DNA of 64,000 nucleotides from Blepharisma stoltei ATCC 30299. Taxonomy: Eukaryota; Protista; Ciliophora. The position numbers and the translations under genes are program-made. Shown here in pieces: positions 32,211 through 45,458 of this stretch; within the stretch, counting starts at the first letter, position 1; each line of letters opens with the position of its first letter. The notes beneath the pieces are model-generated. The model was not told the DNA's origin, did not search any database, and worked only from the letters and a program-made list of their open reading frames with translations. The stretch is taken from assembly GCA_965603825.1 (NCBI GenBank), contig CBFDEM010000011.1, forward strand, positions 124,001 through 188,000, in the 5' to 3' direction.

Positions 32211-35200
32211 ATGGTTGAACTACTAAACAGAAAAGCCTTAGCTAAAGTGTCACCAAACTCAGAAGTCCCTGTTCTCGAGTCACAAGAAGAAGGCGATACT
32301 ATGGACGGAGTCCCTCTTATGGACCCGCAAAACCAATGAGCGGGACAATTAAGCCAAAAAGCAATAGCAACAGGTCTTAATAACTACCGCCAGCAATGAA
32401 TCCGACGTACCTTTAGATTAATGTGCCTATCTACCTGACTCTTTATTATAGGCCTTGCTTTCTATCTTTATGTATATCTTACATATTTAAACAAAACAGT
32501 CCTTCTATCAGGCGATTCTTTAACTGTGTATGTAAGGGACTGCAAAGTTACAATAGAGTATTCCAGTGGCTTTGCTGATAATACTATTCAAGCACATATA
32601 AAAGCATATAACTCAAATGATACAGTTACCCACACACATGATACTATCCAAGTCTTAAACCCATTTACCGATGTAGAAGCTTGCCAAGTCCACGTCAAAG
32701 GAAACATGGCATCAAGCGCCATGCTTTTTGTATGCCAGCACAACTGCTGAATTGAACAAAAAGGCGACAATCTTGCTATGCAAAGTCTTCAAGTCGCCTC
32801 AATCGCTGACGATTCTGGATTTATTGAACAAGGAAGACTTAAGCTAAAATCCATTTCTGCAGACAAAATTTTGGTAGAATTTGTAGGGACAGTAACTATA
32901 AGAGAGCTAGAAACTACTGAAGGAGGCGCTTTTAATGTAACTTATGGAGACTTGTGAGTCCAAACCAAAAATGATGCCTCAGTGGCTTTTGCGACTTATG
33001 AGTCTGGAGCATATTGTTTTGCAAGCACAGCGGTAGGGACCTCAGTTGCAGCTGTTTGCGATTGGTCTACTTTATATGTGACTAATACTACTTCTTTTAG
33101 TGTAGAAAATTGTGTTGGAAAATACAATCTTTGCAAAAACTCAGGGTGCTACCCAAGTATAGAATACTCAGCTATTGTTACTGATGGAGGCGTTTATTTT
33201 AATTTAGTAGGGGAAGATGGGTATTTAATAGATACTCCACAAAGTGTAAACGGTGGGCAAACGCTTCAAGTGAATATAAGAAGCCAGATTACTATAGACG
33301 AAATTGTTAATAGTACATTTGGGCTTGATGTTAATAAAGATAAAATTATCATTATGGATCAGCCTGGGATTTTTGAAGACCATGGCAGATGAATGTTTAC
33401 TACAAATATCGCATATGCCCAACTGACTGCATGGTGGCTATCATTGATATCATTTAATTTATTAGTCCCTGAAACTAAAAACTTCAATATAAGAATAGTT
33501 CCAAACATATGCCCAATGCAAGATAAGACTTGGCATGACACCCAAGTAGGCTTAACATGGGACGCTATCAATACACAATATGGCAACCAGGAAAATGCAG
33601 AAACCATATGAATGGAAAAAAGTGATTCCAAAGACACATGGTATAAATATAAAAAAGGCACTGATTTACAGTATAAAAAATCTACAATCAAAATTTTGGA
33701 TAATCCTTTTCTGTTTTCCGCTCTAATGATATCATTATTTTTAGGGTTTTCTGCAGGATTGGCAGCTATGGTAGGCATTTATTTCTGCTTGAGATCATTT
33801 TCAGTCAAGTTTTGGAAAAAATTAGAACACCAGCGCAGGTATAATCGATGCAAAAAAACAGTTGAGGAAATGAAAAATGAAAATATGACAGTTATGGAAG
33901 AAAATGATAATGAAAATGATGACGAAAACGATGAAAATGACGATAACGAAGAAGAGCAAGAAGAAGGAGAAGAAGAGTCAGATGAGCCTACTCCAGGTGA
34001 AGGCTTATTGCCGCCTCCTTATGCAGTTCCTGATTTAGTGATTGCTCAAAGCAGAAATTCAAGCCTGAACTCTTTAGAAAGTTTCCTTAAAAACGCTGTA
34101 GATATGGTCCTCCCTAACGCAGAAGTTCCAATGCAAGTTATTCGTCTAACAGAAATCAAAGAAAAATATGAAGCTTTTTGTTTTCTGAATGGTTATCAAG
34201 AAATGAGCATCAAAGAGCATAAAAGCCTTTTCCTTTCAAAAGACATGGAATTTTTGACAATTAATGATACTACTACAGAAGTATTCAGAAAAATCAGGTT
34301 TAAGAACAAAAAAGAAATAGTCGATCAAGGGAGGGTAACTCAGATGCCAGACGAAAATTCATTAGCTTTCTTTGTAAGATGTAGGACTGTGGTTACACCT
34401 TTTAATAAAGATATGATTTATATGAAAGATTTTCAGTTGGAGTACGAAAAGTTTTGCAGGGCTGAAAAAGTAGCTGCCCCTGTGCCTATAACGAAAAGAG
34501 GTATGGAGTCTATGGGAAGTATTTTTGAAAGGCTTCAAATAACTGCTTTAAAGCTGAATGGAAGATTTAGGATAAACTGGGCCAAAATAGACGATTTGTT
34601 AGAAAACCCAATGGATGTCCCATTAACCCCTGGATGGTGCTGCTCTGATTTCTGTTCAGTTACTTTGCATGTGTTTTTTGCTGCGTGGATAATATTGCCT
34701 TTGGCTTTGCCTCCTTTGTTGATTACTGCAAAGCACGCAATGTTTTCTGCAAGAGATATTGATTATATTCTTACATATACAGATTTAAATTATGCTTGGT
34801 GGGAAATCATACACAAACTTCGATATATGCCTGCCTATTTTGCGGTTCTTTTAATTCTGGCTTGCCTTCTTGAATTTCTGGCTCTTTTTGAGCTGGTAAC
34901 TTATTACCTTTATCAAATATTCCCATTTAAATCTGAAAATGTACTCAGGAATATGCATGGGGTTAGGTGGATTTCTCAAACTCTTTATTATGTGGTATTT
35001 TTATTTTTAATCGGCTGGATTTGCTTTTTATTTATAGTTGCAATCTGCTGATTTATTCTAGGTGCTGTTTTGAATCCTGATCTGTATTTATCTTATTGCT
35101 CAGGAGCTGCAACTTTAGTATCATTTTGCATGGGTCAGTTAGCAAGCCTTAATTTCTTAAGAACTGAAATATTTAAAAGAGTAAAAGAAGGAGTCTGGGA

Positions 35201-38200
35201 TCGGCTAAGAGGAATGTTGATGTTAACATTAGGAGCTGTCACCGTTGGACTTGCTGCAAGCAGTGCAAGCTCTCGTGTGATTTCTAGAGAAAATAAAACC
35301 TTACAAGTGTTTGCAAAAACTTCATTAGGAGATGTAGCAGAAAATTTAGAGATCGATCACAAGCTAGCAGCTGCACTAGCACATGGTGATGATGAAGCAA
35401 TACCAATTTTAGCCCAAAAATTCGGAGCCAATCCTCTAATTATTGCAGCGATTCTTGCAGTGGTTTTTAAAGATAACGAAAAACTAATGAGGGTTGTTGA
35501 AGATCTAGCACAGGTGCCTGCTATTAATATTCCTCCGGATCTTGCCAAAATGATTGTAAATATCTCCCTCAAGCAAAAAGATGCAAATATCAGAAGCACA
35601 GTAAAAATGGCCACAATACAGTTTGTGAAAATGAAAAAAGAAATGGGCGCTGACCCTACTATGTACTCAATTGACCCAAGAGCTATTGAAGCTCTAGTCG
35701 CTATGTCTAGAGGTTTTGTGGATAGATTCATCACGACAATTTCAAATTCTGATACCCACATTTCTATTATCAAAATATTATTCTTAATCAAAGGACTTAT
35801 TGAGCAAAAAATGTTTGAGGCTACAGACAACTTAACCAATTTATTGATAGAGTATTGCGATGTCCCTGAAGATGTCGCCAAAAGTGTAGCCAGCCTATGT
35901 GATGAAACTTATAGCGCTAAATTCCAAAATGATTTCAGTGGGTGGAACTCTATGATAGACACCCTATGTGATAAGCTTGGAATACAAGATGGCTTATTGA
36001 TGCAGCTTATAGTTCATATTACTAGAAATAATATGGGAGCAATGCTAAGAATTATGAACAACTTAACTGAAGTCCTAAATGGAAAGCATAAATGGAATTT
36101 AGATAGTGGGATCATTTCATCATTACTTCTATTAGTCAATGGATCGCTCATGGATCTCGATAAATTTGCTGCAAAATATGAGCTTTCTAATGACTTAGTC
36201 AATAGCTTGTCTCCATTATTTTCTGAAAAACGATTTACAGAAATTCAGACTATTATTCCAGAAGAAATGCTACCAGAAAGAAGAGCGTCAGTAGGCGAAG
36301 AAGAAATAATAGCTCGCCAAAGTGAATCAAATAGGCCGATCCCTGAAAATATTCCACCTTTTATTAAAGCTCTAGCTGAAAATCTACAGCCTACAGGAGA
36401 AAGTATGGAGTGGATGGCAAAATTTTTTAAGTTAACTGGAGACCAGCTGCTAGGGCTTTATTCAATACTAAGAGGGGCTAATAAAAGCCAAAAATCTGCA
36501 CTTAAAGCTATAACTCAAGAAGTCTTAAGAAGGATGAGGGTTGATGAAGAATTCACTAATTATATGACTGCTGCTACAATTTGGGCTACATCTTATGATG
36601 CAGACTCAATCAGAGAAGCCCAAGCAACCTTGAAAATGGGCTTCCGAGACCTTACATATGTAGCCAAACGTATGCTAGACCCTAAAGAGCTTCCTATAGG
36701 AATTTTCACAAAAATAGGTATCAGAAGAGATGACCCTGTAGTAAAACGAAGAAGAGCACTAAGCTGGAAAAGTGATCCTGACCTCTGCAAAGATTGGTGC
36801 AGGGCTACAGCTATGAAAATCGCAGAAGCTAAAGGCATAAAGCGCAAGCGAAAAAATTCCACAAGGAGCCAATTAATGCTTGCTTTTCAATATCCTCAAG
36901 TTTATATGAAACAAATTTTTGAGAAAAAAATTCAATGCGATGATGAAAGCCAGCGGAAATATAAAACCCTTATAACTACCTCATTTTTAAAACAAATGCA
37001 AGGAAATAGGCGAAAGGACCAAATTATTAATTTAGCAAGACTTTTTGAAATGGACAGCGAAACTATGGAAATTTGGGTCGAAATGGTTTTAGAGGACAAT
37101 TTGGAAATAAAAATAGACTACATGAAAAAATGGATACAAAAAATTGGGTTGGATTGTGCTGATAATGCAGAAAAGTTTTTATTAGATTATGCAAATCAAA
37201 ATCAGCTTTATTTTGAATCAACACTTGGGTTTGGAAAGCTTGCCAAAGAGCTTGGGTTTCCATTTAACTTTACCTGCTCTCTATCTAATGGTATCATTGA
37301 TACTTTGGAAAGCTACCCAGAATATTTTAACCAGTTTATAAAAGATTTTTGTGGAGAAATGGGAATAGAAAATAAAAATATCCAGGACTCAATTGTGTGT
37401 TATGTAAATCAAGAATCTTCAGGTCTTGAGCCGTTCGGTAAAGCTTTAGGGTTTAAACCAAATTCAATATCAATGCTGGTATCTTTGTTTGGGAGTATGC
37501 AAAATGGGCTATTGACACCTATAATGATTGTAGAGAAATTTGGAGAACTTCTTGAGTCTATCGGAGTTAATGATACAATTTATAATGGTGGAAAAGCTGT
37601 ATTAGCGATATGCTTAAAATTAAGACAACAGTTTAAAATCAGAAATTTCAAGGGACTTAGTAATAAGGCTTCGGCCTCAGAAATAATTGAGGAATTAGCA
37701 GGAATTCCTAAGGTAATTTTAGATGGGATGATGTCAGCTGCAGATACTTCAGACCGTCTTCAAGCTGACTCTTTAATTGAAATGTCAAGGTCTCACGTCC
37801 CCGGATTTCGGCTTGAAGAAAGCCACTGCAGAGGAATCATTTCAATGGCATATGGACAAGTCGCAAATGTCGAAGACATTTGCCAAGCTATTAATTTTGA
37901 TGCAGACATCGCAGAAGTTCTAGTTACTATATCAGAAAATAACGATTTAAGCCACACTTTATTAAAGGCATCCTCCCATTTTCAGAAATTTATGCTAAAA
38001 CTCGGCTTAGACCATGAAAAAATGGCAGCTCTTATAGCATTGACATGTGAAGATTTAGAACACTGTGACGAAATTGCAGAAGATTTAGACGAAGGAAGAT
38101 CGATTAAATCTGAGTTTTTAAGATGCCTTATCGCTATTTATATGTTTTTTGACCTCGAAAATGAATGGGACGAAGACTACAAGCCAATGAGCAAAATTAA

Positions 38201-41200
38201 AAAATTAAAAAAATTCCTCCCATGGCTATGCAAAGCTATAGGTGTTGCAAACAGTCAAGGAGCTTTATTAATGCTAAGACTTGCTCAAGGAGATGCAAGC
38301 GCCATAGTCGGAATCCAAAGCAAAATGGGCTGGAACGGCACTGACCTCAGCTATTATGCAAGTTTAGCTTGCCTAGTAAGTCCACTTCCATTTAAATCTG
38401 AATATAATAGCAAAGGGAAATATGACTGAATGTCATTTAAACATCTAGAAACCATCACAGGCAACCTTTCAGACCTATTAAAACTCAACGAAAAAATGCT
38501 TACCATCTTAATCCAAGCAGCAAGATCTGAGTCTTCTGCTTTAAATTGGATCAGGAAAAAGCTTAACTTCCCTACAATTCGAGATGTCCAGAGATTTATC
38601 AGCTCTTTAATATATTCTGAAGAGCCAAGTGACAGTGACGAATATTCTTCAGATGAAGAAAACACCAGTATGGCTGATTCCAGTTCTCAAGGCTCCTCAT
38701 CTAATTATTCTTCCAATGCTAGCAACTTACCAGACGATGCTTCTGTGGACAGTCTTAAAGGAAATCTTGTAGAAAGAGTTGACCCTCAGGTCAGAATTCT
38801 CCAGCTAAGCCAATTAGTGACTGCCTTAAATTCCAGACAAAACCCTAAAGAAAAAAGCTTCACTCAAGAGACTGTAAAACTGCTGCTCAGCCTGTCTTCA
38901 GGAAGTCTAGAAAATATTCATTTACTTGAAGAAATTTTAAACTCTGTATATGAAAATGAGCCGCCTATTAGTTTTGTATCAGCAAGAGAAATTATGGCAG
39001 TTTCTACAGGGAATATCACAGAAATTGCAGGCTTAACTTCAAGATATGAAGACTTATATATGCCTTCAAAAGATGCAGAAGAAGAGGACAAGAAAGGCTC
39101 TGCAGACAGCATGATGAATATGTTTAATTTGCTGCCAAGCTCAGTTGAGCTGCAATTTTTAGTTAGATTGGCAAGAGGAGACCATAATTGTTGGGAAATG
39201 AAGACTGACACAGATGCATATATAGGACAAAGAGTACATAATGACCCACGCTTATTGCAGGCATTTACAGCACTGATTTCAGAAAACCATTATGGGGTTA
39301 TTGAAACTATTGACACTTTGGCAGAATTCACTGAACTTGATAGAGATATGCTGCTGTCATTGGTGCTGATATCAGAAAATGCTATAGAGCTGCTGCCAGC
39401 TGGGATTACTCCGCTTACACAAAGACTTGAAGTAGACTCATTGGTAGCTGGGGCGTTTATTCCAAGTTGCTATAAGACCACAGAAATGCTAGAACAAGCT
39501 TTCCAAAGCTGCTGTGAAAAAATGTCAACACCTCCAGTTAATGCAGCGTTAGTTGCTGCTGTTTATAAAGGAGCAAAAGGGGATATTGGTGCGTGGGTAC
39601 AGTTAGGGATGTTTTATATGAATTTGTATAAAAATACAGACCGAGAAAACTTGGACCAAGTTTTGATCCTCAGAGCTTTTGAAAGCATTTTGACTGATAA
39701 ATACCAAACTGAGATCAAGGATTCTATGTTTGTGTCCAATATTATTGAAGAGCCAGAAATTTTGCTTTCACCTGGCAAATTTGGCCCACCAATTCTTGAG
39801 GATGAAGATGGGATAGAGCTTGTCCCTCTAGCTTCTCCAACGCCAGAATCCATAAACAGATCTAAAGACGCTTTAGTGAGATGCATAGGATTTCACAGAT
39901 TCCGCAGATCCTCAATTGTAAAAAGAATGCTGGAAAATGAATTTAGGTCTTCCAGTGGACAAATAATGGTTGATTTAATAGTAGGGATTGCCGATAATGA
40001 TTTAGAAATGGCACCAATTGTTATGAGAATGCTACATGAAGACCCATCTCGACATGAACTGGTAAAAGCTTTTCTTTCTCTTTATAATGACAGCACTGAA
40101 GTACTAAACGCTACAGAATTAATAGAAGATTACATAAGCAAAAACCCTACCCAGCTTCCTCCAGGATCTATACAAACAATTATAGGTGCAAGAAAAGGGT
40201 TTTCTGCAGTCGCCGGCAAAGGTATAGAAAAAGCTGCCAAGAATCCTGTTTTGCTATGGAACGAAAACTATACCACAGGAATTTCTAAAGTAATTGTGTC
40301 CACCGTACAAGCCAAACTTAATGATAACTGGGACAGATACGCTGACATTATAACAGAATTCGCTAAAAAAATCACTGGAATTGACGATATTACTCATGAA
40401 AATAAAACTTTCCAAATGATTATCCAAATGCTTATGGGAAAAATCAAGGCTTTTATTAAGCTTGGAGCTCAAGAATTTGACCTTAAAAATAAAGATTTAA
40501 AAGAACTCTTTATTTTATGTGTCCCCAAAAATCCATGAAGCCAAGCTGGTTTCCCATGCACAACTACAAATTTGAAGAAATTAATACCAAAAATGCCAGA
40601 AGAGGTAATAGAATGCTGGCTGAAATTGATAGGCAGAGAAGTAGAAGACTTGGATTATGGAAGAAAAGGAATGGGAGAGGTGCTATATCCATTTATTAAA
40701 TTTATTTTGGAGAGCTTACCAAAAGAAGCAAGATTTAAAAAGAAAAAAGGGGCTTCAGATGAGCAGCTGCCTGAAATTAAGATTTTTGATGCTTTCTTTT
40801 TAGCGTGCACAGACCCTTATAAATATACAAAACCTATTGCTGACGCAATGCCAGATCTTGGAAGAGCTTTAATGAATGAAATAAAAGATGATATTATCAC
40901 ACTTTTAACGGGGTTAGTGTCTCTGTTTCAGTCAGATCGTAATCAAGTTATACGCCACCGTGCGATTACTGATCTTTCTAATGCATTTATGATAGACTAC
41001 AACATTGTCAAAGGCTTTGTATCCTTAGCAAAATCAGATTGGGAAGGTCTCTCAGATATGGCAGGCCGATTCTGTGAATTCGACCCACATAAAGTAGCCC
41101 AGCTCGTAATGCTTGTAAAACGCTTAAAACTAATCGGAGATGAAGAATACAACGAAAAAGACCAAAACGAGTATGCAAGGCTAAAAGAAAAATTAGACGA

Positions 41201-41708
41201 AGGAGGAGATATAGATAACATTTTCCATATGCTCGACAAAGATGGGTCAGGCGAGCTTGATTTTCAAGAATTCACACAAGTTATGAAATTTTTTGATCTA
41301 GAAATGACTAACCAAAGGCTTCTGCAAATATTTTCGAAATTTGACGCTGATGGAAGTGGAAATATGAGCTTGCAAGAGTTTGAAGCGGCTTTTGACTACC
41401 TAAAAAGTGAGGTTTCAAGAGGGGCAATGGAAGGCTTAGGTCTTGCGAAGAAAAAATTAGCTTTGATCTTTTTAGGGTCACTTATGATATTGCTTTTGGT
41501 GTTTGCTTTTCTATTTCTTGGAATTATTGGGTTTATCACTGTGAGCAGGTTTGGGTCAGCTGTAAACTCTATGCTCCCGATGAGCTCTGGGGTTGTAATT
41601 TCTAAGCTAAGAGGCTCAGGAGGAAATCTGCAGACTAAAATTGACGAAATTGGAGGGAAAATCACAAACTCGTTGAATATAATGACAGTTGAAGAAAATA
41701 ATGGATAA
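32211..41708 (+). CDS. Giant multi-pass membrane protein with C-terminal EF-hand pair, 3165 aa
   Basis: Track ORFs 32526, 32982, 33393, 33612, 35070, 38430 and 40572 are in one frame, separated only by TGA (10 TGA in total from ATG 32211). EF loops DKDGSGELDFQE and DADGSGNMSLQE. Several hydrophobic helices. Confidence 0.9.
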
Positions 41709-41756
41709 ATTTATAGTAAAAATATTTTAAAAATCCATTATTAAAAATTTTAAATT

Positions 41757-43289
41757 ATGGAACATAGTAAAATTGATAGTGATATTGAAGCTCTTGTAAG
41801 AAAATACAACTTAGACTCAGACCCGTTTACTTCATTCAGCTTTAAAACAAGCCCTCAAAAAGAAATACCTATCCCTGAACAAGATGAAAGCTTTAAACTT
41901 TCAAGAGGCAGCGCACTATCGTCATCTCAATATGAATCTCCGCAATTATCATTCAGCAGACCTCCTATATTATCTACTTCTCCAAAAGACTCAGCAAGCT
42001 CCCAAGCAATTGCGTCTGCTATGAAAGCACTTCAAGAGAAATTAAAAATAACTGAGAATGCTAAAGAACAGCTTCAATCTGATATAGACGTGCTAGAAAA
42101 AAGAAGTTATGAAGAAAAACAAAGAATGAACACAGAGTTGAGCAAAGCTATTTATAGCGTAAAAGATTTAGAAAAAAAATGCTATGAGCTAGATCAAGCT
42201 TTGCAAACAAAAAATAATTTAATTGGAAAGCTAGAAGACCAAATTGGATTTTTAAATACTCAATGTGGCTTTGCAGAGGGGGAAAATAAACGATTTCAAG
42301 AGCAGTATGCTATTGACAAAGAAAATTGGTCTTTACAGGTAGAGCATTTCAAAAAAATGCTTGCTACTAAGAATGACTCTGAAGAGTCTTCTTTAGAAGC
42401 ATTAAGAGCAGAGCAAGCCAAAAATAGAAATTTAGAAGAAAAAATCCTCGAAAAAGATGAAGTAATAGAAGCTTTAAATGAAGAAATTTATCAGCTCAGA
42501 CAAAACTTAGACTCAGAAAGAGATATACATCAGAAAAATCTTGAAGTTTTAGAAGACGAATTAAGAAGGACCAAACTTGATTTAAACGATAAAACAATCA
42601 GATTAGACGATTTGAATAAAAGCTATCAAGACACATTATCTAAACAAAGCACAGAAATAGAAGAACTAAAGCTTCACATCGCTGAGCTAAATAAAATTAA
42701 TTTTTTATCAGAAGAAGCAAGAAATGCGCTTAAACATGAACACATGGAGACTCAGCATTTTGTAAAAGACATTGTTTCAGTAAACGAGCAACTTGTAGAT
42801 TCTCTTAAACGAGAGTCACAAGCTAAACTTTTGCTTGAAAACGCTAGCAGAGAGAGATCATTGTCAAATAAACCTATCAAAAAACACAAGAAAAAGTTTT
42901 CTGCAAGCTTGAAAAAATCAATAGTAAATAAAACCCAAAAATCGAACGCACACAAGCGAGAATATTCAAGGGAATCAAGCATAGAAAGAAGTTCTAGAGG
43001 TTTTACACCGAAAAGGCATGTGAAATCTCCTTCATATTTAAAAAATAACAAAAATGAAGAAAAAGAGCTGGAATATGAAATTAAAGAACTGGATAAAGAA
43101 ATTTCAAAATACAATGGGATGTATAAACAGCTGTTGCTAATGTCAAATGATGGATCTAGAGATTTAGGAGCCTTAAAAGCAGAATTAGACGATATTTCAG
43201 CCAAAATGGAAGAAAAAAGCAAAATGTTATATTCACTGAAGAGAAAACATCAAGCGATTTTGAGAGAAAAAATGCTTACTTTTAACTAA
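41757..43289 (+). CDS. CEP57-like centriole/basal-body coiled-coil protein
   Basis: N-terminal SQAIASAMKALQEKLK resembles the Cep57 localisation domain. C-terminal LKAELDDISAKMEEKSKMLYSLKRKHQ resembles its microtubule-binding domain. Confidence 0.65.
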   Translation: MEHSKIDSDIEALVRKYNLDSDPFTSFSFKTSPQKEIPIPEQDESFKLSRGSALSSSQYESPQLSFSRPPILSTSPKDSASSQAIASAMKALQEKLKITENAKEQLQSDIDVLEKRSYEEKQRMNTELSKAIYSVKDLEKKCYELDQALQTKNNLIGKLEDQIGFLNTQCGFAEGENKRFQEQYAIDKENWSLQVEHFKKMLATKNDSEESSLEALRAEQAKNRNLEEKILEKDEVIEALNEEIYQLRQNLDSERDIHQKNLEVLEDELRRTKLDLNDKTIRLDDLNKSYQDTLSKQSTEIEELKLHIAELNKINFLSEEARNALKHEHMETQHFVKDIVSVNEQLVDSLKRESQAKLLLENASRERSLSNKPIKKHKKKFSASLKKSIVNKTQKSNAHKREYSRESSIERSSRGFTPKRHVKSPSYLKNNKNEEKELEYEIKELDKEISKYNGMYKQLLLMSNDGSRDLGALKAELDDISAKMEEKSKMLYSLKRKHQAILREKMLTFN

Positions 43290-43334
43290 TTTAAATAAAA
43301 TTTATAAATATTTTGATTTAACTATAAAAATAAT

Positions 43335-43955
43335 ATGACAACACTTCACTATTTTGACTTTTATGGGCGCGCTGAAGTAATAAGGTTTGCTTTGCATGCA
43401 TTTAATGAACCTTTTATAGATCACTGTATTACACCTGAAGAGTTTTTAAAAACCAAAAGAAAAAACGAGTTTGGTCTGCTTCCTTGTCTTGAAATCGACG
43501 GAATGGTCTTAGTCCAATCGAAATCTATCCTTCGCTACCTTTGTCAAAAACATAATGCTTACCCTCTAGAAATGTATCGAATTTACCAAACAGAATCAAT
43601 TATCGACGCCTTTGGAGATATCAAAGACGCAATTGCTAAAGAAAGAATGGGAAAAAATGAAGAAGAATCATTGAGGTGGATTAATGAAAATATGCCAAGA
43701 TGGTTTGGAATTTTAGAGAAAAGGCTAGTTGAAAATGATAACGGGGGAAGCTTTTATGTAGGAGATACCCCTACGATGTCTGATTTTGTTTCAGCTAATT
43801 TCATATATGACTTTTTTATGAGGCCTGGGAAAGAGGACCAAAGGAGTCTGTTGGAAACTCATGGGCAGCTACTGAAAGCTCACACAGAAAGATTAATTGA
43901 TTTTTATCCTTCATTGAAAGCTTATCTTGCATCACGGCAACAAAAGGAATTTTAA
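43335..43955 (+). CDS. Glutathione S-transferase (sigma-like)
   Basis: LHYFDFYGRAEVIR, FGLLPCLEIDG, LVQSKSILRYL and FYVGDTPTMSD. Confidence 0.95.
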   Translation: MTTLHYFDFYGRAEVIRFALHAFNEPFIDHCITPEEFLKTKRKNEFGLLPCLEIDGMVLVQSKSILRYLCQKHNAYPLEMYRIYQTESIIDAFGDIKDAIAKERMGKNEEESLRWINENMPRWFGILEKRLVENDNGGSFYVGDTPTMSDFVSANFIYDFFMRPGKEDQRSLLETHGQLLKAHTERLIDFYPSLKAYLASRQQKEF

Positions 43956-44149
43956 AGGTATTAATAAATTTAATGCTGTTTGAATTTATATTCCCTCTCC
44001 TAAAATAGTTTACTAATAATCAAATTTACTTTTACAACTAAAGCCTTTATTAGCATGAAAAATTCTATTTTAGTCTAATTTGATATTCAAAAAGGATTAT
44101 ATCATCAATATCATTATTTTCCATTTTTAGATTATAAATCTATAATGCT

Positions 44150-44880
44150 AGCATTTTTGCCTGCATTATGAATTGCTCATTTGGGATTAGCCAATGATGA
44201 AATAACTTCAATGATAATCCAAGAAACTTAGGAGATGTTAACTAGACGGTAAAATTAATGCTATTGGCTTTGGTCATGATGGAGTTTATGTCCCTTTATC
44301 AAACAGAAATCGCTTTGGTCCTCCTAAAAAATGAATAGGTAATTATGGGAGTTATATTGGAGGCTGGACAAATTACAACCTATTTCCAATATTTTAGATG
44401 ATTTAAATGGAGATGGAAAAGCTGATATTGTTGGTTTGCCGCTTTAGTGTTTATGTGTCACTCAAGAGTATATCCAGCTAGCTCAGGATGATCTAGCTTT
44501 AATTATGCACCTAAAAGTTTCTCTATTTAATGGATCTACATTCTTAGTTCAAAATTTAGCTAAACTCGTTTGGAAATTCAGAAGCTGGATAAGCTTCGAT
44601 GAATTTCCAAGATTTGTGAAGGTGAACAATAATGGTGGAAAGCTGATATTGTTGGTTTTGGCTTGCTGGGATATGTATAGAAGCTTTGGCAATCCTATTT
44701 TGATCATGAGCCAATTTGGAAAATCCTCTGTCTTTGGCAGCTGGAAATCGTTTAATTTGCTTTCAAGATTAGTAGGAGATGTGGCAGGTGATGGAATTAT
44801 GAACGTTGTTGGGTTTTGAGCTGATGGAATGTGTATAGCTGTGTTATTAAGTGGCATAAGCTCTTATCCCTACCAATTTG
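44150..44880 (+). pseudogene. Decayed FG-GAP/PVL-type beta-propeller lectin gene
   Basis: At least four repeat remnants across frames, with frameshifts and TAG stops: NPRNLGDVN/DGKINAIGFGHDGVYVPLSN, DLNGDGKADIVG/VYVSL, FPRF..KADIVGFG and RLVGDVAGDGIMNVVGFWADG. Confidence 0.78.
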
Positions 44881-45458
44881 AAGTAAGTTAAAGTTAATAC
44901 TTCAGCATGCGAAATAATATGCTTTAATTATGCAATGGTTATGAGGAAGATCTCTGCTCCTTAGAGAAATGAGCATTTAATTCATGTAAAAATTAATAAA
45001 ACTTGATACTAAGGAATCTGAAGGAAAGACTTTATTATCTAGATGTGGATTTTTTTTATTTGCAATTCTTGGTGCTGTTATTTCAATTTGCCTTAAAGGT
45101 GCAAGAAAGTCAGGGAAAAGCCTTTTGCCCCATTTTAGAGTGGTTTTAAAGACTCCATATATTAAGGCTACTCCTTATTTACATCGGTTAAAAATCTTTA
45201 ACTTTTAGATAAGCTATTGAGCCTTTTTAAAATCCATATAACTTAATAATTAATTTTAAGACAAAAATAATAAAATAGATGCAATGACATCTCCATGATG
45301 GTGAAACTTGATTCTATGCGTCTTTATAATTGAGAAAATAGCAAAACGTAAAAATTAGATATTATCTTATATTGAGACTAATTACGTTTTTTATTAGCTA
45401 ATGTAAGCCATATTATTGCCAGCTTTGGCGTAAAATATATATAGGGTTATGTATATAT

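Noticed and set aside
35357-43222. Many antisense ORFs opposite the giant protein and the CEP57-like gene
   Set aside because: Typical antisense shadows of long coding frames, with no motifs.
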